The notes under the pieces are model-generated. The model was given only the letters and a program-made list of their open reading frames with translations, made no database searches and was not told where the DNA came from. A program made the translations under genes and the position numbers. DNA of 63,919 nt, counting the filler, from Collodictyon triciliatum (lineage: Eukaryota): NCBI GenBank assembly GCA_043381765.1. It is 4 parts of 4 records of this genome, joined end to end, with 100 filler letters (N's around TTAATTAATTAA, not from the genome) between each part and the next. Parts side by side here need not be neighbours in the genome. Positions count along the whole stretch, not along the records: positions 46,789 to 59,238 come from JBHJMP010000329.1; positions 59,339 to 63,919 come from JBHJMP010000352.1; 2 more parts are not named here. The stretch is one strand, 5' to 3'. Position 1 is the first letter of the stretch; the number at the start of each line of letters is the position of its first letter. Positions 56,175 to 63,919 of this stretch are shown here, piece after piece.

Positions 56175-56888
56175 GGGGAGCGCTTCAGCGCCGCTGGTTG
56201 GTTGCTGATATTTGTATAAGCGGGCGAATGAGGAGATACTATGGGACGATCGGTTGGCCAACCACCCTCGGGCACACAACGACTTGAGACAGACTCGTGA
56301 ATAAAATAAAATAAAGAAGAGAAAAGAAAGGAAGAAGAGGAAGGTTTAGGAAAAGACGAGGGTGAGGCGCCTCCACTGAACGCGCGACCGCTGCTGTGGT
56401 GGTGAATGATGTAGACGTCCGGACGGAAGCGCCGGGGGATACAGCCCGGGCGCGGTCGACGGTGACGTGCGGACTTGTTGGTTGGGAAGATTGGCCAGAG
56501 ATGCAGCCAATGTGTGGCAACAGAATGTTTGAATCGGCGGCATATATTGGTTGCCAATGCTCCGTCCATATGTGGAAAAAGCAGCGATTATTCAATGATT
56601 ATCGACGCATCTGTGCATCAAGTGCCACAAGACCACGCCGCTTTACAACCTGCTGACGCCTATGACCGTACTATAGCACAGCAGGATAGACCGTCAATAG
56701 AGGGCCGCACCACAGGCACGCGCCACTGGGATATAGGCAGGCGCCGGGAAGAGAGGGACTACAGTGCGTTGGGAAGGGGCCGGATTAGGCATTCATATCG
56801 CTGGATATATAAATCTGAGCGAGCTGCTGACATCCAGGCACACTCACCTTCCTCGTCGCAAATTCGTTCGTGTGCAAACACAGCCAAC
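56044..56888. promoter_or_regulatory. Putative bidirectional promoter between glutaminase and glutamine synthetase
   Basis: TATATAAA 56806-56813 (+); TATACAAA about 56211-56218 (-); CCAAT/ATTGG at 56490, 56507, 56546 and 56554; TGACGTG 56463-56469; palindrome GGTTGGCCAACC 56252-56263. Confidence 0.55.
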
Positions 56889-56900
56889 ATGAAAGACTAA
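56889..56900 (+). promoter_or_regulatory. Short uORF ATG AAA GAC TAA in the probable GS leader
   Basis: Downstream of the TATA box, in good context (gccaacATG). Confidence 0.5.
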
Positions 56901-57038
56901 AAATTCGACCAGACAGGAGCGGGATGTGAGACTAGAGGGACGGCCATAGATTGAGCAGCACATGGCACTTCCTGCCCTCACCAAACTGACGACAACAACA
57001 GCAGGACTCAAGCAACGAGGCTAAAGCAAGAGCAAGAG

Positions 57039-58043
57039 ATGACAGACAAGCCCCTTCTGGCCCGATACCTGGAGCTGCACGCAGCGAGCGCGGCCCTCGG
57101 AGACGAGCGAGTGCTTGCGGAGTACGTGTGGATCGGCGGGAGCNNNNNNNNNNNNNNNNNNNNNNNNNNNNNNNNNNNNNNNNNNNNNNNNNNNNNNNNN
57201 NNNNNNNNNNNNNNNNNNNNNNNNNNNNNNNNNNNNNNNNNNNNNNNNNNNNNNNNNNNNNNNNNNNNNNNNNNNNNNNNNNNNNNNNNNNNNNNNNNNN
57301 NNNNNNNNNNNNNNNNNNNNNNNNNNNNNNNNNNNNNNNNNNNNNNNNNNNNNNNNNNNNNNNNNNNNNNNNNNNNNNNNNNNNNNNNNNNNNNNNNNNN
57401 NNNNNNNNNNNNNNNNNNNNNNNNNNNNNNNNNNNNNNNNNNNNNNNNNNNNNNNNNNNNNNNNNNNNNNNNNNNNNNNNNNNNNNNNNNNNNNNNNNNN
57501 NNNNNNNNNNNNNNNNNNNNNNNNNNNNNNNNNNNNNNNNNNNNNNNNNNNNNNNNNNNNNNNNNNNNNNNNNNNNNNNNNNNNNNNNNNNNNNNNNNNN
57601 NNNNNNNNNNNNNNNNNNNNNNNNNNNNNNNNNNNNNNNNNNNNNNNNNNNNNNNNNNNNNNNNNNNNNNNNNNNNNNNNNNNNNNNNNNNNNNNNNNNN
57701 NNNNNNNNNNNNNNNNNNNNNNNNNNNNNNNNNNNNNNNNNNNNNNNNNNNNNNNNNNNNNNNNNNNNNNNNNNNNNNNNNNNNNNNNNNNNNNNNNNNN
57801 NNNNNNNNNNNNNNNNNNNNNNNNNNNNNNNNNNNNNNNNNNNNNNNNNNNNNNNNNNNNNNNNNNNNNNNNNNNNNNNNNNNNNNNNNNNNNNNNNNNN
57901 NNNNNNNNNNNNNNNNNNNNNNNNNNNNNCCCCGCCAGGCCGAGCGCGACGGCAAGGGCTACTTCGAGGACAGGCGCCCCGCCGCAAACATGGACCCCTA
58001 CCTCGTCACCGCAAAGATCTTTGACACCACCGTCCTCAACTAG
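57039..58043 (+). CDS. GLUL: Glutamine synthetase type II; middle lost in an N gap; possible upstream start AT|G at 56924
   Basis: N-terminal LARYLEL...[11 protein letters not shown] and C-terminal [20 protein letters not shown] are GSII signatures; TAG at 58041-58043. Confidence 0.93.
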   Translation: MTDKPLLARYLELHAASAALGDERVLAEYVWIGGSXXXXXXXXXXXXXXXXXXXXXXXXXXXXXXXXXXXXXXXXXXXXXXXXXXXXXXXXXXXXXXXXXXXXXXXXXXXXXXXXXXXXXXXXXXXXXXXXXXXXXXXXXXXXXXXXXXXXXXXXXXXXXXXXXXXXXXXXXXXXXXXXXXXXXXXXXXXXXXXXXXXXXXXXXXXXXXXXXXXXXXXXXXXXXXXXXXXXXXXXXXXXXXXXXXXXXXXXXXXXXXXXXXXXXXXXXXXXXXXXXXXXXXXXXXXXXXXXXXXXXXPRQAERDGKGYFEDRRPAANMDPYLVTAKIFDTTVLN

Positions 58044-58599
58044 TCTCCCTGCTTTGCTTTCCCCCACTGTCTCTGGAGGAGACAATGATTAAACAAAAGA
58101 AAGAAAAAGAATGAAAATTGGAAATGGAACGAGGAGGCCGTTTGACTGTCCATTCATCTCTCTCTTTTTCTTTTTCTTTTTCTTTTTCCTTTTTTCGTGT
58201 GCGGTATTTTCCGCATTTGGTTGTAACAGCGCGGGTATTCTTTCCTTTTCTCATCAACTTGTTCCAGTGATGTGCGCGGCGCAGTCCTTCAGCACACAAA
58301 GTTCGTCCTGTTTTTTGTTTTTTTTTTTTTGACTTTATTTTTTTTTTCTGTCTGCACACTCAAGTGTTTTGGTAGGCAGCTGACCGCAGGGTGAAGGCGC
58401 GGTATTTTGGGCCAGTATAGCGTGTGCCGCGTATGCGAAAGGGGACATGCAGACCGGTATGCGGCGGGTTTTCTTTTGTCCTTATTCCTTATTCTTTTCT
58501 TTTGGTGCTATACTATCATTATTTCTGTGTTGATCGAGACTGGTGCTTTGCGGTGCCTCTGTCCTCTTTGCTAAAAAATCATATCACCCCTGTCAAAGT

Positions 58600-58950
58600 T
58601 TATGAAGCAAGTGTGCCGCCAAACAGAAGGGTTCGTCCGTCATCTGCGGGTTTGTTAGCGTTTGCCACAAATCTATGGCTCATACCCCATAATATATATA
58701 TATTTGTGTGACTTCAAACATACTCTTTCATGTTTTCTGTTGCCTTTGATTCATCCTTCATTTCTCTATTGCAACAAAAACACCAAGCATGATCATATAT
58801 ATATGTGCGTTGACGTGGTATCATAAAAGTACCTAGAGCCCGATCAGCCGCACAGGCAAAACAAAATTCAAGTACAACCGAAAGTGTAACGCTAACGATT
58901 GTTGACTCGCCAGTGGTTTCTCCAATAGTCCACACCGAGTGAGTATTATT
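58600..58950 (-). CDS. 3' exons of an unidentified gene converging on GS
   Basis: EMKDESKATENMKE|FVANANKPADDGRTLLFGGTLAS-TAA joined in phase by GT-AG; upstream part unresolved. Confidence 0.3.
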
Positions 58951-59097
58951 CTGGTAATTATACTTTAACAACTTGCTCTATCTTTAAATATAAATATATA
59001 TATGTGTGTGTGCACAATTTGCAAAAGGCTTACGAAATTCAAAGAGGACGCAATAAATGGATTCGCAGTTAATTTTTCTTCTTTTTCTTTTAATTTC

Positions 59098-59192
59098 TAT
59101 TATTATTATCATTATTATTATCATTATTATTATCATTATTATTATCATTATTATTATCATTATTATTATCATTATTATTATCATTATTATTA

Positions 59193-59232
<40 letters not shown>
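59098..59232. repeat. (TATTATTATCAT)n/(TAT)n at scaffold end
   Basis: Direct reading. Confidence 0.9.
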
Positions 59233-59233
<1 letters not shown>

Positions 59234-59282
59234 AAATTNNNNNNNNNNNNNNNNNNNNNNNNNNNNNNNNNNNNNNNNNNNN

Positions 59283-59294
59283 TTAATTAATTAA
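59283..59294. other. Artificial scaffold spacer TTAATTAATTAA
   Basis: Same as 28511. Confidence 0.95.
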
Positions 59295-59338
59295 NNNNNN
59301 NNNNNNNNNNNNNNNNNNNNNNNNNNNNNNNNNNNNNN

Positions 59339-59431
<93 letters not shown>

Positions 59432-59496
59432 GACTTCCTTATCGACCAGAAAGAAGTTTTGTAGGCTAGCCATGTTTATTCCTACTTCACCTTTAG

Positions 59497-61211
59497 ATTC
59501 AACTACCAAATAAATCCGAATCAAGAGCTGATTGCCTTTGGATTTTCAAACATCGCCGGTGCTGTATTTCAGGTATGTGTATTAATCTGAGTAATCAACT
59601 CTACATGTATGCTAGGCCATTTTCTTCAATAAAGAAAATATGGAAACGCATAGTCCTTTCCTATGACTGGAGGACTTGCCAGGACGGCTGTAAATGTAGA
59701 ATCTGGTGCAAAATCTCAACTTGCTGGATTGTTTACAGCAACATTCATCGCCTTATTGCTCGTGCTTTTAACACCACTCTTCTACTATCTGCCTTACCCA
59801 ACTTTGGCGTCCATTATCATGTACTCCCTTAGAAATCTCATAGATGTACAAGAAGCCAAGTAACTCTTAATACATACTTAAATCCAAAACAGTAATTCGA
59901 ATCATAAATTATTGAATCTTTCGTATAAGCTATTCGTGGCGTGATGTAATGTTGGTCTGTAACTTTTTTTTTCTTTTGATTTCGAATAGATTCCTTTGGG
60001 AAAATCAAAAAAGCGACTTCTGCGTTTTTATGGTGGCTTTCTCGGTTACTGTATTTATTGGTATAATTCAGGGGATTCTAGTCAGTATCTGTGTGTCTTT
60101 GCTATTCGTCGTGCGTCAAGCATCTGCGCTCTCAATTTTTGTATTCGATTCATTCACATTAGGACATATAATATATCAAAAATTTTATTCACAAAAGCTA
60201 CTGATTCTGTACTAAGAAAAAAATATAGGAGATGAATAATATTCCTGGTACTCTGCTTTATGGTCAGAAATCAGAAGCAACATCGCAACACCACTCGAAG
60301 TTGATTGTTAAATGCTGCGGAACTCTCAATTATCTAAATTTCTCAAATTTTCGAACTTTTATTCAAGACAAGGTTTCAGATTTTTGCTGCTATCAACTCA
60401 GCCTAACGCTCTTTTACATGCGCTTCTGGTTGGTTCTAACCCACTGTCTCACAATAATACCTAAATTTTTTTTTATCGCTTCTGCAGATTGTTGAAAATA
60501 GCGAAATACGGAGAGTGGTTGTTGAATCAGACCAACTAAATTATATCGATGGTTCGTCGGCAAAGTCTTTTGTTCTCTTAATTAAAGAGCTAGATGTACG
60601 TTCCTCGGAGAAGCAAGACCGTGTTATTTTATTCGTTTTTATTCTTTTTATTCTTTTTATTCTTTTTATTCTTTTTATTCTTTTTATTCTTTTTATTCTT
60701 TTTATTCTTTTTATTCTTTTTATTCTTTTTATTCTTTTTATTCTTTTTATTCTTTTTATTCTTTTTATTCTTTTTATTCTTTTTATTCTTTTTATTCTTT
60801 TNNNNNNNNNNNNNNNNNNNNNNNNNNNNNNNNNNNNNNNNNNNNNNNNNNNNNNNNNNNNNNNNNNNNNNNNNNNNNNNNNNNNNNNNNNNNNNNNNNN
60901 NTTTTATTCTTTTTATTCTTTTTATTCTTTTTATTCTTTTTATTCTTTTTATTCTTTTTATTCTTTTTATTCTTTTTATTCTTTTTATTCTTTTTATTCT
61001 TTTTATTCTTATCTCAATAATTGTGGTTATTTCTATTCATTTTTATTCTACTGTTTTCTTTTCTTCTCATGTCCAATAGAAAAAAGATATCAATGTGGTA
61101 TTCTCGTTGGCCACCCCTCTAGTCGAACGAACTCTAGCGTTGTATGGTCTGGAGGGAAATAGAAGATTCTTCTATAGTACATACTCTGCAGCGTTATTTT
61201 GTTCAGTTTAA
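59497..61211 (+). CDS. SulP/SLC26 anion transporter with STAS domain; 5'-partial
   Basis: INPNQELIAFGFSNI, FPMTGGLARTAVNVESGAKSQLAG, LFYYLPYPTLASII, GILVSICVSLL; STAS-like LNYLN and LNYIDGSSAK; TAA at 61209-61211. Confidence 0.92.
60642..61010. repeat. (TTCTTTTTA)n array spanning a gap, intronic
   Basis: Direct reading. Confidence 0.9.
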
Positions 61212-61512
61212 GAGAATTCAAAAGCCTTCTGTGTGTGACTACCCGAATCTATTGTTCCAGAGCGATTTATAAAGCTACCAAGAATGTCTATGAAATCATT
61301 TTCTGGTGTACATATATTCGATTTACTCATCATTAAACGTTTTGGAAAACATATAACGTGACGGTTAGGTTCTACGGTGAGTAATTGGGCTCCTTTACCC
61401 GCGCAATATATTGTCTCATTCATAACGCGTGCTCAGAACACAGAGCGGGATATGCCCTGATTTATTCTACTGTATTGTTGCTTTATTTTATTTTATGAAG
61501 GTTGATGGAGGT

Positions 61513-63057
61513 CTATGAAAACATGTTCACAAATAAATGAAAGTATGCGCTGCAGAAAATAGACCAGCTAATCATTACCCCATCACGCAATGGCTCCCAT
61601 TCAAAAATTATGTTTTTGTGGACATACCCTCTCTTGATCAAAAAAGATAATGAGATAATATCTGACAAAAACTCAAACCCCAGTTGAATGCCTATTTGAT
61701 TTAGGCAGTCACGAAGTCTCTTGATTGTTTGGAATGAAGTATTTGGGTAAATTGTGAACAAGAAATACATTATGGACGGCGCCAAAAACAGGGAGCATAT
61801 CTCAGCACTGATGTCGTCACATATTTGCTTTGATTGCATGTGTACAGATTCGTTGATAAATCTATGCCTGTCAGTCCAACAGCACTCTGAATTGCTTCTA
61901 TCTTGGGCCATCTCTGCATCTACTGCCGTAAAAGGTATTATCTGATTGCCATTATTCCTCTTTATTTCTTTACTTATCCGTTTTAAGAACCTTGTTATCA
62001 TGTAAATCATATTCGCTCGATATTCTATTGTAAAGAAGCCCAGAACTTCAATCACTGATGCGAAGAGGTTGACAATTATGTACCTCGAAGAACCTGAGCC
62101 ACTAGTTGATAGGTTCGAGAGGTATAGTCGGCTTATGAGGCACATAAAATAGTTTGACATTTTGTTTACCTTAAGCCTCCTAGACTCGCCACTCTTCGAC
62201 ATGTTGATTATCACAGAGTTCTGATACCATTTTGACACCGAAAAGCAGAAAGGAAATAGAATGAAACGGAACACGATTTGGATTAAAAAATTGGAAGATA
62301 AGTAAATTGGAAATATATTTTGAAGTAGAAAAACAGAGAACATGTAAACGCAGCACAGTCCTTTATACAACGCCAGAGGTGTGCCATCCTTTGTAAGGTG
62401 GTAGCAAAGACCAAGCTCTGAGTCCATTTCGCCCAAGGGTTTCGATTTCGAGACGAGATACAAGGTTATTGTTATACCAATACCGCTCAATAAGTTAGTG
62501 CAGATACAAAATAGAAAGGGCTTTTCTGAAATCCATATTACGGACATGCACATAGATAGTATTAAAGGTATGAATGACATCAAAACTCGTGCTAGTCCAA
62601 AGTAAGCACCAAAGACCTCGGCCGAACACATACCGAGCGAAAGACAAAAAGATATGACAAGAAGAACATTCCTGACTGCCTCGTATAGTATTGGTGATAT
62701 TACATCCAATAGTTCGCTCGTTAACATCCTCGACGGTAAGTAATATACAGACATGAAGAGAACTATGGCGACGAGTCTGGGAACTGTCTTGCGCAAAATA
62801 TGGAACCAAATAGACAATGCGTGGCCGAAGCAAACAGTCCAGGGTAATTGGTGTTCTTCTGCGTGTGGTTCGACGCATGTCCTTCGTCTTTTTCTGTCAC
62901 TGTCTTTTGGATGTGCTTGATGCTGAGAAAGCCCTGTAAAGTCCTGGTGTTTTACATTTCGGTCAAGTGTTTCTGTAGTGGGCGAACGAAATGAGAGGCT
63001 TTTGCTAGTGGAGCCGGTATCAAGAACAAAGTCACCTTCGCCATGTGCGGTATCCAT
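61513..63057 (-). CDS. Intronless multi-pass membrane protein (514 aa), probable relative of 11824-14124
   Basis: Long ORF in AT-rich DNA; polar N-terminal tail followed by about 10 hydrophobic segments; in-frame TGA just upstream of the ATG. Confidence 0.8.
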   Translation of the reverse strand: MDTAHGEGDFVLDTGSTSKSLSFRSPTTETLDRNVKHQDFTGLSQHQAHPKDSDRKRRRTCVEPHAEEHQLPWTVCFGHALSIWFHILRKTVPRLVAIVLFMSVYYLPSRMLTSELLDVISPILYEAVRNVLLVISFCLSLGMCSAEVFGAYFGLARVLMSFIPLILSMCMSVIWISEKPFLFCICTNLLSGIGITITLYLVSKSKPLGEMDSELGLCYHLTKDGTPLALYKGLCCVYMFSVFLLQNIFPIYLSSNFLIQIVFRFILFPFCFSVSKWYQNSVIINMSKSGESRRLKVNKMSNYFMCLISRLYLSNLSTSGSGSSRYIIVNLFASVIEVLGFFTIEYRANMIYMITRFLKRISKEIKRNNGNQIIPFTAVDAEMAQDRSNSECCWTDRHRFINESVHMQSKQICDDISAEICSLFLAPSIMYFLFTIYPNTSFQTIKRLRDCLNQIGIQLGFEFLSDIISLSFLIKRGYVHKNIIFEWEPLRDGVMISWSIFCSAYFHLFVNMFS

Positions 63058-63919
63058 CCTCTCAGGTTTTCAGTCCTGTCAGGAAATCTTTGTGAGAATT
63101 AAAGTTAGTGAAGGGCAACGAGTGCTTTCAACAGGTGACGCGATAAACCGAAGCGTATATTGTCGACACGGGGCTAACAACTAAGGCTTTCGAGAATAAA
63201 AAAGAAAACCAGGTTATTTGTGATAATGGAAAAAAAATAATGTATGAAAAAGCCAGTTTTGCTTCTGTTTTTGAACTCGACGACTAGCAGGCGAGATACA
63301 GACCTGTCAAACTGTTGTGGATCCAGAATTGGTATCATTTCTCTGATGCTGGACAACACACCCCAAGCCTCTCTCTCGCCAGCCCGCGGTGGCACGTCAG
63401 AACATTGCCTGATGATGAGTCATCGCATTCGCACTAGACTAATCAAATAAAGTGCTTCAGATCCATTAATTATCGTGGCCCTATTTCTTGTGGCATAATC
63501 ATGAGGACTGAAATACGCATGAAACGTCGGTGAGCAGAGGCTATGTGAAATGCTGTCTTTCAAATATGCAAGCGCAAAGTTCTCGAATGGTCTTGATTGA
63601 AGACTCATAATTACGAAAGTATTAAATCACTCCCTATTATAGAGAACAATTGTAATGTATGCAACTTGTATGTAAGAAAGAAGAAATTCATCTTTATGGT
63701 GAAAGTAAATTAAAAGAAAAATATGGCCACGAATGAGATAGTTTAGACAATAATCACAAAGACTGCAGTTGACATTTTTTTTCGCTTCATGTTGTTTTGT
63801 TTTTTTTTTCATTTTCAAATTTTTTTTCCTTTATTCGATTCAAAGTGTAGCGAGGTTATGCCATACAAAGGGGCGGGATGGGAGCGCATGGGAGAGAGCA
63901 AACGCGAGTAGGAGAAGAC

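Noticed and set aside
28511-59294. TTAATTAATTAA palindromes as biological elements, and SulP as a neighbour of GS
   Set aside because: N-flanked artificial spacers; genes across them are not demonstrably linked.

Overview
Intron-rich, AT-rich eukaryotic (probably protist) draft DNA using the standard code. N-flanked TTAATTAATTAA spacers at 28511, 46733 and 59283 join four separate scaffolds, so adjacency is meaningful only within a scaffold. Genes rebuilt by hand from GT-AG splice sites: a mitochondrial carrier, a PH+MUN-like protein, an orphan, two related multi-pass membrane proteins, a membrane pyrophosphatase, a two-repeat Myb, coiled-coil/TPR gene(s), a secreted GDPD, a formin, NUB1, a glutaminase, a type II glutamine synthetase (GS) and a SulP/SLC26 transporter. 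Three things stand out. (1) One ~30-exon gene encodes two complete EF-hand-like/glutaminase/ankyrin units in one chain and sits head-to-head, ~1 kb apart, with GS. (2) Both genes appear to have 5' introns whose splicing decides the start codon: a presequence-like exon on the glutaminase, and an intron-split AT|G plus uORFs on GS. (3) The intron-containing membrane pyrophosphatase carries the K+-dependent Na+-pump signature known mainly from prokaryotes. All gene models are predictions without RNA evidence.
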